Of a DNA stretch of 64,000 nt, positions 20,407-32,400 are shown piece after piece. Within the stretch, counting starts at the first letter, position 1; every line of letters starts with the position of its first letter. The notes beneath the pieces were generated by a model. It did no database searches and had not been told where the DNA came from. It worked only from the letters and a program-made list of their open reading frames with translations. Position numbers and translations under genes: made by a program. The stretch is from Lingula anatina. Its lineage: Eukaryota; Animalia; Brachiopoda. Location: the NCBI GenBank assembly GCA_051362555.1, contig CM120644.1, positions 11,802,567-11,866,566 of the forward strand. The letters run 5' to 3'.

Positions 20407-23400
20407 CCCCCCCCTCTCCAAATCCTGTTCTCAGGTGTGCTTTCTGGCAATCTTTAAAGCTGAAATTGGGGGCTTTAATGAAGTGATCCGGGCGCGTTTC
20501 CACATTTTTTATGAATGACAGGTGTGGTAAATTGATTTTCCTCACTTTTTGGAAAAATTGGTGAGGGGTCATTTTTGAGTGATTTTGAGTGATTTTCGTA
20601 AGGTCCGGATATGGCAGTTTTCTTCAATTTTGGCCAGGTAGGGATGAAATTTTTTTTCTTCAATATTGTGTCAGGTAGGTGTGTTTGGTCATTTGTAATA
20701 AGGGTAAAGTACTGGAAGAGTGGTTGTGTCATTATTAAGTAAGAAATAGAGCAAAAACTCTCTCCACCCCCCCTCTCTCCAAATCCTGTTCTCAGGTGTG
20801 CTTTTTGACCAATTTTAAAGCTGAAATTGGGGGCTTTAATGAAGTGATCCGGGCGCGTTTCCACATTTTTATGAATGACAGGTGTGGTAAATTGATTTTC
20901 GTCACTTTTTGGAAAAACTGGTGACGGGTCATTTTTGGGTGATTTTGAGTGATTTTCGTAAGGTCCGGATATGGCAGTTTTCTTCAATTTTGGCCAGGTA
21001 GGGATGAAAAATTTTTTTCTTCAATATTGTGTCAGGTAAGTGTGTTTGGTCATTTGTAGTGAGGGTAAAGTACTGGAAGAGTGGTTGTGTCATTATTAAG
21101 GAAGAAATAGAGCAAAAACTCTCTCCAACCCCCCTCTCTCCAAATCCTGTTCTCAGGTGTGCTTTTTGACCAATTTTAAAGCTGAAATTGGGGGCTTTAA
21201 TGAAGTGATCCGGGCGCGTTTCCACATTTTTTATGAATGACAGGTGTGGTAAATTGATTTTTCTCACTTTTTGGAAAAATTGGTGATGGGTCATTTTTGA
21301 GTGATTTTGAGTGATTTTGAGTGATTTTCGTATGGCAGTTTTCTTCAATTTTGGCCAGGTAGGGATGAAAAATTTTTTTCTTCAATATTGTGTCAGGTAG
21401 GTGTGTTTGGTCATTTGTAGTGAGGGTAAAGTACTGGAAGAGTGGTTGTGTCATTATTAAGTAAGAAATAGAGCAAAAACTCTATCCACCCCCCCCTCTC
21501 CAAATCCTGTTCTCAGGTGTGCTTTCTGGCAATCTTTAAAGCTGAAATTGGGGGCTTTAATGAAGTGATCCGGGCAAGTTTCCATATTTTTTATGAATGA
21601 CAGGTGTGGTAAATTGATTTTCCTCACTTTTTGGAAAAATTGGTGATGGGTCATTTTTGAGTGATTTTGAGTGATTTTCGTAAGGTCCGAATATAGCAGT
21701 TTTCTTCAATTTTGGCCAGGTAGGGATGAAAATTTTTTTCTTCAATATTGTGTCAGGTAGGTGTGTTTGGTCATTTGTAGTGAGGGTAAAGTACTGGAAG
21801 AGGGATTATGTCATTATTAAGGAAGAAATAGAGCAAAAACTCTCTCCACCCCCCCCCCCCTCTCCAAATCCTGTTCTCAGGTGTGCTTTCTGGCAATCTT
21901 TAAAGCTGAAATTGGGGGCTTTAATGAAGTGATCCGGGCGCGTTTCCACATTTTTTATGAATGACAGGTGTGGTAAATTGATTTTCCTCACTTTTTGGAA
22001 AAATTGGTGAGGGGTCATTTTTGAGTGATTTTGAGTGATTTTCGTAAGGTCCGGATATGGCAGTTTTCTTCAATTTTGGCCAGGTAGGGATGAAATTTTT
22101 TTTCTTCAATATTGTGTCAGGTAGGTGTGTTTGGTCATTTGTAATAAGGGTAAAGTACTGGAAGATTGGTTGTGTCATTATTAAGTAAGAAATAGAGCAA
22201 AAACTCTCTCCAACCCCCCTCTCTCCAAATCCTGTTCTCAGGTGTGCTTTTTGACCAATTTTAAAGCTGAAATTGGGGGCTTTAATGAAGTGATCCGGGC
22301 GCGTTTCCACATTTTTTATGAATGACAGGTGTGGTAAATTGATTTTTCTCACTTTTTGGAAAAATTGGTGATGGGTCATTTTTGAGTGATTTTGAGTGAT
22401 TTTCGTAAGGTCCGGATATGGCAGTTTTCTTCAATTTTGGCCAGGTAAGGATGAAAAATTTTTTTCTTCAATATTGTGTCAGGTAGGTGTGTTTGGTCAT
22501 TTGAGGTGAGGGTAAAGTACTGGAAGAGTGGTTATGTCATTATTAAGTAAGAAATAGAGCAAAAACTCTCTCCACCCCACCCCCCTCTCCAAATCCTGTT
22601 CTCAGGTGTGCTTTCTGGCAATCTTTAAAGCTGAAATTGGGGGCTTTAATGAAGTGATCTGGGCGCGTTTCCACATTTTTTATGAATGACAGGTGTGGTA
22701 AATTGATTTTTCTCACTTTTTGGAAAAATTGGTGATGGGTCATTTTTGAGTGATTTTGAGTGATTTTCGTAAGGTCCGGATATGGCAGTTTTCTTCAATT
22801 TTGGCCAGGTAGGGATGAAAAATTTTTTTCTTCAATATTGTGTCAGGTAGGTGTGTTTGGTCATTTGTAATAAGGGTTAAGTACTGGAAGAGTGGTTGTG
22901 TCATTATTAAGTAAGAAATAGAGCAAAAACTCTCTCCACCCCCCCTCTCTCCAAATCCTGTTCTCAGGTGTGCTTTTTGACCAATTTTAAAGCTGAAATT
23001 GGGGGCTTTAATGAAGTGATCCGGGCGCGTTTCCACATTTTTTATGAATGACAGGTGTGGTAAATTGATTTTTCTCACTTTTTGGAAAAATTGGTGATGG
23101 GTCATTTTTGAGTGATTTTGAGTGATTTTCGTAAGGTCCGGATATGGCAGTTTTCTTCAATTTTGGCCAGGTAGGGATGAAAAATTTTTTTTCTTCAATA
23201 TTGTGTCAGGTAGGTGTGTTTGGTCATTTGTAGTGAGGGTAAAGTACTGGAAGAGTGGTTGTGTCATTATTAAGTAAGAAATAGAGCAAAAACTCTCTCC
23301 ACCCCCCCCCCCCCCCTCTCTCCAAATCCTGTTCTCAGGCGTGCTTTCTGGCAATCTTTAAAGCTGAAATTGGGGGCTTTAATGAAGTGATCCGGGCGCG

Positions 23401-26400
23401 TTTCCACATTTTTTATGAATGACAGGTGTGGTAAATTGATTTTCCTCACTTTTTGGAAAAATTGGTGATGGGTCATTTTTGAGTGATTTTGAGTGATTTT
23501 CATAAGGTCCAGATATGGCAGTTTTCTTCAATTTTGGCCAGGTAGGGATGAAAAATTTTTTTCTTTAATATTGTGTCAGGTAGGTGTGTTTGGTCATTTG
23601 TAGTGAGGGTAAAGTACTGGAAGAGTGGTTATGTCATTATTAAGGAAGAAATAGAGCAAAAACTCTCTCCACCCCACCCCCCTCTCCAAATCCTGTTCTC
23701 AGGTGTGCTTTCTGGCAATCTTTAAAGCTGAAATTGGTGGCTTTAATGAAGTGATCCGGGCGCGTTTCCACATTTTTTTATGAATGACAGGTGTGGTAAA
23801 TTGATTTTCCTCACTTTTTGGAAAAATTGGTGATGGGTCATTTTTGAGTGATTTTGAGTGATTTTCGTAAGGTCTGGATATGGCAGTTTTCTTCAATTTT
23901 GGCCAGGTAGGGATGAAAAATTTTTTTCTTTAATATTGTGTCAGGTAGGTGTGTTTGGTCATTTGTAATAAGGGTTAAGTACTGGAAGAGTGGTTGTGTC
24001 ATTATTAAGTAAGAAATAGAGCAAAAACTCTCTCCACCCCCCCTCTCTCCAAATCCTGTTCTCAGGTGTGCTTTTTGACCAATTTTAAAGCTGAAATTGG
24101 GGGCTTTAATGAAGTGATCCGGGCGCGTTTCCACATTTTTTATGAATGACAGGTGTGGTAAATGGATTTTCCTCACTTTTTGGAAAAATTGGTGACGGGT
24201 CATTTTTGGGTGATTTTGAGTGATTTTCGTAAGGTCCGGATATGGCAGTTTTCTTCAATTTTGGCCAGGTAGGGATGAAAAATTTTTTTCTTCAATATTG
24301 TGTCAGGTAAGCGTGTTTGGTCATTTGTAGTGAGGGTAAAGTACTGGAAGAGTGGTTGTGTCATTATTAAGGAAGAAATAGAGCAAAAACTCTCTCCACC
24401 CCCCCTCTCTCCAAATCCTGTTCTCAGGTGTGCTTTTTGACCAATTTTAAAGCTGAAATTGGGGGCTTTAATGAAGTGATCTGGGCGCGTTTCCACATTT
24501 TTTATGAATGACAGGTGTGGTAAATTGATTTTTCTCACTTTTTGGAAAAATTGGTGATGGGTCATTTTTGAGTGATTTTGAGTGATTTTCGTAAGGGTCG
24601 GATATGGCAGTTTTCTTCAATTTTGGCCAGGTAGGGATGAAAAATTTTTTTCTTCAATATTGTGTCAGGTAGGTGTGTTTGGTCATTTGTAATAAGGGTA
24701 AAGTACTGGAAGAGTGGTTGTGTCATTATTAAGGAAGAAATAGAGCAAAAACTCTCTCCACCCCACCCCCCTCTCCAAATCCTGTTCTCAGGTGTGCTTT
24801 CTGGCAATCTTTAAAGCTGAAATTGGGGGCTTTAATGAAGTGATCCGGGCTCGTTTCCACATTTTTATGAATGACAGGTGTGGTAAATTGATTTTCCTCA
24901 CTTTTTGGAAAAATTGGTGATGGGTCATTTTTGAGTGATTTTGAGTGATTTTCGTAAGTGAACAGGATTCTCCAAATCCTGTTCTCAGGTGTGCTTTCTG
25001 GCAATCTTTAAAGCTGAAATTGGGGGCTTTAATGAAGTGATCCGGGCGCGTTTCCACATTTTTTATGAATGACAGGTGTGGTAAATGGATTTTCCTCACT
25101 TTTTGGAAAAATTGGTGACGGGTCATTTTTGAGTGATTTTGAGTGATTTTCGTAAGGTCCGGATATGGCAGTTTTCTTCAATTTTGGCCAGGTAGGGATG
25201 AAAAATTTTTTTCTTCAATATTGTGTCAGGTAAGTGTGTTTGGTCATTTGTAGTGAGGGTAAAGTACTGGAAGAGTGGTTGTGTCATTATTAAGGAAGAA
25301 ATAGAGCAAAAACTCTCTCCACCCCCCCCTCTCTCCAAATCCTGTTCTCAGGTGTGCTTTTTGACCAATTTTAAAGCTGAAATTGGGGGCTTTAATGAAG
25401 TGATCTGGGCGCGTTTCCACATTTTTTATGAATGACAGGTGTGGTAAATTGATTTTTCTCACTTTTTGGAAAAATTGGTGATGGGTCATTTTTGAGTGAT
25501 TTTGAGTGATTTTCGTAAGGGTCGGATATGGCAGTTTTCTTCAATTTTGGCCAGGTAGGGATGAAAAATTTTTTTCTTCAATATTGTGTCAGGTAAGTGT
25601 GTTGGTCATTTGTAGTGAGGGTAAAGTACTGGAAGAGTGGTTGTGTCATTATTAAGGAAGAAATAGAGCAAAAACTCTCTCCACCCCCCCCCCTCTCCAA
25701 ATCCTGTTCTCAGGTGTGCTTTCTGGCAATCTTTAAAGCTGAAATTGGGGGCTTTAATGAAGTGATCCGGGCGCGTTTCCACATTTTTTATAAATGACAG
25801 GTGTGGTAAATGGATTTTCCTCACTTTTTGGAAAAATTGGTGACGGGTCATTTTTGGGTGATTTTGAGTGATTTTCGTAAGGTCCGGATATGGCAGTTTT
25901 CTTCAATTTTGGCCAGGTAGGGATGAAAAATTTTTTTCTTCAATATTGTGTCAGGTAAGTGTGTTTGGTCATTTGTCGTGAGGGTAAAGTACTGGAAGAG
26001 TGGTTGTGTCATTATTAAGGAAGAAATAGAGCAAAAACTCTCTCCACTCCCCCTCTCTCCAAATCCTGTTCTCAGGTGTGCTTTTTGACCAATTTTAAAG
26101 CTGAAATTGGGGGCTTTAATGAAGTGATCTGGGCGCGTTTCCACATTTTCTATGAATGACAGGTGTGGTAAATTGATTTTTCTCACTTTTTGGAAAAATT
26201 GGTGATGATTCATTTTTGAGTGACTTTGAGTGATTTTCGTAAGGGTCGGATATGGCAGTTTTCTTCAATTTTGGCCAGGTAGGGATGAAAAATTTTTTTC
26301 TTCAATATTGTGTCACGTAGGTGTGTTTGGTCATTTGTAATAAGGGTAAAGTACTGGAAGAGTGGTTGTGTCATTATTAAGGAAGAAATAGAGCAAAAAC

Positions 26401-29400
26401 TCTCTCCACCCCCCCTCTCTCCAAATCCTGTTCTCAGGTGTGCTTTTTGACCAATTTTAAAGCTGAAATTGGGGGCTTTAATGAAGTGATCCGGGCGCGT
26501 TTCCACATTTTTATGAATGACAGGTGTGGTAAATTGATTTTCATCACTTTTTGGAAAAATTGGTGAAGGGTCATTTTTGAGTGATTTTGAGTGATTTTCC
26601 TAAGGTCCAGATATGGCAGTTTTCTTCAATTTTGGCCAGGTAGGGATAAAAATTTTTTTTCTTCAATATTGTGTCAGGTAGGTGTGTTTGGTCATTTGTA
26701 GTGAGGGTAAAGTACTGGAAGAGTGGTTGTGTCATTATTAAGGAAGAAATAGAGCAAAAACTCTCTCCACCCCCCCTCTCTCCAAATCCTGTTCTCAGGT
26801 GTGCTTTTTGACCAATTTTAAAGCTGAAATTGGGGGCTTTAATGAAGTGATCTGGGCGCGTTTCCACATTTTTTATGAATGACAGGTGTAGTAAATTGAT
26901 TTTCATCACTTTTTGGAAAAATTGGTGACGGGTCATTTTTGGGTGATTTTGAGTGATTTTCGTAAGGTCCGGATATGGCAGTTTTCTTCAATTTTGGCCA
27001 GGTAGGGATGAAAAATTTTTTTCTTCAATATTGTGTCAGGTAAGTGTGTTTGGTCATTTGTACTGAGGGTAAAGTACTGGAAGAGTGGTTGTGTCATTTT
27101 TAAGGAAGAAATAGAGCAAAAACTCTCTCCAACCCCCCTCTCTCCAAATCCTGTTCTCAGGTGTGCTTTTTGACCAATTTTAAAGCTGAAATTGGGGGCT
27201 TTAATGAAGTGATCCGGGCGCGTTTCCACATTTTTATGAATGACAGGTGTGGTAAATTGATTTTTCTCACTTTTTGGAAAAATTGGTGATGGGTCATTTT
27301 TGAGTGATTTTGAGTGATTTTCGTAAGGTGCGGATATGGCAGTTTTCTTCAATTTTGGCCAGGTAGGGATGAAAAATTTTTTTTCTTCAATATTGTGTCA
27401 GGTAGGTGTGTTTGGTCATTTGTAGTGAGGGTAAAGTACTGGAAGAGTGGTTGTGTCATTATTAAGTAAGAAATGGAGCAAAAACTCTCTCCACCCCCCC
27501 CCACCCCTCCCCCTCTCTCCAAATCCTGTTCTCAGGTGTGCTTTCTGGCAATCTTTAAAGCTGAAATTGGGGGCTTTAATGAAGTGATCCGGGCGCGTTT
27601 CCACATTTTTTATGAATGACAGGTGTGGTAAATTGATTTTTCTCACTTTTTGGAAAAATTGGTGATGGGTCATTTTTGAGTGATTTTGAGTGATTTTCGT
27701 AAGGTCCGGATATGGCAGTTTTCTTCAATTTTGGCCAGGTAGGGATGAACAATTTTTTTTCTTCAATATTGTGTCAGGTAGGTGTGTTTGGTCATTTGAG
27801 GTGAGGGTAAAGTACTGGAAGAGTGGTTATGTCATTATTAAGTAAGAAATAGAGCAAAAACTCTCTCCACCCCACCCCCCTCTCCAAATCCTGTTCTCAG
27901 GTGTGCTTTCTGGCAATCTTTAAAGCTGAAATTGGGAGCTTTAATGAAGTGATCTGGGCACGTTTCCACATTTTTTATGAATGACAGGTGTGGTAAATTG
28001 ATTTTCCTCACTTTTTGGAAAAATTGGTGATGGGTCATTTTTGAGTGATTTTGAGTGATTTTCATAAGGTCCAGATATGGCAGTTTTCTTCAATTTTGGC
28101 CAGGTAGGGATGAAAAATTTTTTTCTTTAATATTGTGTCAGGTAGGTGTGTTTGGTCATTTGTAGTGAGGGTAAAGTACTGGAAGAGTGGTTATGTCATT
28201 ATTAAGGAAGAAATAGAGCAAAAACTCTCTCCACCCCACCCCCCTCTCCAAATCCTGTTCTCAGGTGTGCTTTCTGGCAATCTTTAAAGCTGAAATTGGT
28301 GGCTTTAATGAAGTGATCCGGGCGCGTTTCCACATTTTTTTATGAATGACAGGTGTGGTAAATTGATTTTCCTCACTTTTTGGAAAAATTGGTGATGGGT
28401 CATTTTTGAGTGATTTTGAGTGATTTTCGTAAGTGAACAGGATTCTCCAAATCCTGTTCTCAGGTGTGCTTTCTGGCAATCTTTAAAGCTGAAATTGGGG
28501 GCTTTAATGAAGTGATCCGGGCGCGTTTCCACATTTTTTATGAATGACAGGTGTGGTAAATTGATTTTCCTCACTTTTTGGAAAAATTGGTGACGGGTCA
28601 TTTTTGAGTGATTTTGAGTGATTTTCGTAAGGTCCGGATATGGCAGTTTTCTTCAATTTTGGCCAGGTAGGGATAAAAAATTTTTTTCTTCAATATTGTG
28701 TCAGGTAAGTGTGTTTGGTCATTTGTAGTGAGGGTAAAGTACTGGAAGAGTGGTTGTGTCATTATTTAGGAAGAAATAGAGCAAAAACTCTCTCCACCCC
28801 CCCCTCTCTCCAAATTTTGTTCTCAGGTGTGCTTTTTGACCAATTTTAAAGCTGAAATTGGGGGCTTTAATGAAGTGATCTGGGCGCGTTTCCACATTTT
28901 TTATGAATGACAGGTGTGGTAAATTGATTTTTCTCACTTTTTGGAAAAATTGGTGATGGGTCATTTTTGAGTGATTTTGAGTGATTTTCGTAAGGGTCGG
29001 ATATGGCAGTTTTCTTCAATTTTGGCCAGGTAGGGATGAAAAATTTTTTTCTTCAATATTTTGTCAGGTAAGTGTGTTGGTCATTTGTAGTGAGGGTAAA
29101 GTACTGGAAGAGTGGTTGTGTCATTATTGAGGAAGAAATAGAGCAAAAACTCTCTCCACCCCCCCCCCCTCTCCAAATCCTGTTCTCAGGTGTGCTTTCT
29201 GGCAATCTTTAAAGCTGAAATTGGTGGCTTTAATGAAGTGATCCGGGCGCGTTTCCACATTTTTTATAAATTACAGGTGTGGTAAATGGATTTTCCTCAC
29301 TTTTTGGAAAAATTGGTGACGGGTCATTTTTGGGTGATTTTGAGTGATTTTCGTAAGGTCCGGATATGGCAGTTTTCTTCAATTTTGGCCAGGTAGGGAT

Positions 29401-32400
29401 GAAAAATTTTTTTCTTCAATATTGTGTCAGGTAAGTGTGTTTGGTCATTTGTCGTGAGGGTAAAGTACTGGAAGAGTGGTTGTGTCATTATTAAGGAAGA
29501 AATAGAGCAAAAACTCTCTCCACCCCCCCTCTCTCCAAATCCTGTTCTCAGGTGTGCTTTTTGACCAATTTTAAAGCTGAAATTGGGGGCTTTAATGAAG
29601 TGATCTGGGCGCGTTTCCACATTTTCTATGAATGACAGGTGTGGTAAATTGATTTTTCTCACTTTTTGGAAAAATTGGTGATGGGTCATTTTTGAGTGAC
29701 TTTGAGTGATTTTCGTAAGGGTCGGATATGGCAGTTTTCTTCAATTTTGGCCAGGTAGGGATGAAAAATTTTTTTCTTCAATATTGTGTCACGTAGGTGT
29801 GTTTGGTCATTTGTAATAAGGGTAAAGTACTGGAAGAGTGGTTGTGTCATTATTAAGGAAGAAATAGAGCAAAAACTCTCTCCACCCCCCCTCTCTCCAA
29901 ATCCTGTTCTCAGGTGTGCTTTTTGACCAATTTTAAAGCTGAAATTGGGGGCTTTAATGAAGTGATCCGGGCGCGTTTCCACATTTTTATGAATGACAGG
30001 TGTGGTAAATTGATTTTCATCACTTTTTGGAAAAATTGGTGAAGGGTCATTTTTGAGTGATTTTCGTAAGGTCCAGATATGGCAGTTTTCTTCAATTTTG
30101 GCCAGGTAGGGATAAAAAATTTTTTTCTTCAATATTGTGTCAGGTAGGTGTGTTTGGTCATTTGTAGTGAGGGTAAAGTACTGGAAGAGTGGTTGTGTCA
30201 TTATTAAGGAAGAAATAGAGCAAAAACTCTCTCCACCCCCCCTCTCTCCAAATCCTGTTCTCAGGTGTGCTTTTTGACCAATTTTAAAGCTGAAATTGGG
30301 GGCTTTAATGAAGTGATCTGGGCGCGTTTCCACATTTTTTATGAATGACAGGTGTGGTAAATTGATTTTCATCACTTTTTGGAAAAATTGGTGACGGGTC
30401 ATTTTTGGGTGATTTTGAGTGATTTTCGTAAGGTCCGGATATGGCAGTTTTCTTCAATTTTGGCCAGGTAGGGATGAAAAATTTTTTTCTTCAATATTGT
30501 GTCAGGTAAGTGTGTTTGGTCATTTGTAGTGAGGGTAAAGTACTGGAAGAGTGGTTGTGTCATTTTTAAGGAAGAAATAGAGCAAAAACTCTCTCCAACC
30601 CCCCTCTCTCCAAATCCTGTTCTCAGGTGTGCTTTTTGACCAATTTTAAAGCTGAAATTGGGGGCTTTAATGAAGTGATCCGGGCGCGTTTCCACATTTT
30701 TATGAATGACAGGTGTGGTAAATTGATTTTTCTCACTTTTTGGAAAAATTGGTGATGGGTCATTTTTGAGTGATTTTGAGTGATTTTCGTAAGGTGCGGA
30801 TATGGCAGTTTTCTTCAATTTTGGCCAGGTAGGGATGAAAAATTTTTTTTCTTCAATATTTTGTCAGGTAGGTGTGTTTGGTCATTTGTAGTGAGGGTAA
30901 AGTACTGGAAGAGTGGTTGTGTCATTATTAAGTAAGAAATAGAGCAAAAACTCTCTCCACCCCCCCCCCCCCCCTCTCTCCAAATCCTGTTCTCAGGTGT
31001 GCTTTCTGGCAATCTTTAAAGCTGAAATTGGGGGCTTTAATGAAGTGATCCCTGCACGTTTCCACATTTTTTATGAATGACAGGTGTGGTAAATTGATTT
31101 TCCTCACTTTTTGGAAAAATTGGTGATGGGTCATTTTTGAGTGATTTTGAGTGATTTTCGTAAGGTCCAGATATGGCAGTTTTCTTCAATTTTGGCCAGG
31201 TAGGGATGAAAAATTTTTTTCTTTAATATTGTGTCAGGTAGGTGTGTTTGGTCATTTGTAGTGAGGGTAAAGTACTGGAAGAGTGGTTATGTCATTATTA
31301 AGGAAGAAATAGAGCAAAAACTCTCTCCACCCCACCCCCCTCTCCAAATCCTGTTCTCAGGTGTGCTTTCTGGCAATCTTTAAAGCTGAAATTGGTGGCT
31401 TTAATGAAGTGATCCGGGCGCGTTTCCACATTTTTTTATGAATGACAGGTGTGGTAAATTGATTTTCCTCACTTTTTGGAAAAATTGGTGATGGGTCATT
31501 TTGAGTGATTTTGAGTGATTTTCGTAAGGTCCGGATATGGCAGTTTTCTTCAACTTTGGCCAGGTAGGGATGAAAAATTTTTTTCTTCAATATTGTGTCA
31601 GGTAGGAGTGTTTGGTCATTTGTAGTGAGGGTAAAGTAATGGAAGAGTGGTTGTGTCATTATTAAGGAAGAAATAGAGCAAAAACTCTCTCCACCCCTCC
31701 TCTCTCCAAATCCTGTTCTCAGGTGTGCTTTTTGACCAATTTTAAAGCTGAAATTGGGGGCTTTAATGAAGTGATCCGGGCGCGTTTCCACATTTTTTAT
31801 GAATGACAGGTGTGGTAAATTGATTTTTCTCACTTTTTGGAAAAATTGGTGATGGGTCATTTTTGAGTGATTTTGAGTGATTTTCGTAAGGGTCGGATAT
31901 GGCAGTTTTCTTCAATTTTGGCCAGGTAGGGATGAAAAATTTTTTTCTTCAATATTGTGTCAGGTAGGTGTGTTTGGTCATTTGTAGTGAGGGTAAAGTA
32001 CTGGAAGAGTGGTTGTGTCATTATTAAGTAAGAAATAGAGCAAAAACTCTCTCCACCCCCCCCCCCCACCCCTCCCCCTCTCTCCAAATCCTGTTCTCAG
32101 GTGTGCTTTCTGGCAATCTTTAAAGCTGAAATTGGGGGCTTTAATGGAGTGATCCGGGCGCGTTTCCACATTTTTTATGAATGACAGGCGTGGTAAATTG
32201 ATTTTCCTCACTTTTTGGAAAAATTGGTGATGGGTCATTTTTGAGTGATTTTGAGTGATTTTCGTAAGGTCCAGATATGGCAGTTTTCTTCAATTTTGGC
32301 CAGGTAGGGATGAAAAATTTTTTTCTTCAATATTGTGTCAGGTAGGTGTGTTTGGTCATTTGTAGTGAGGGTAAAGTACTGGAAGAGTGGTTATGTCATT

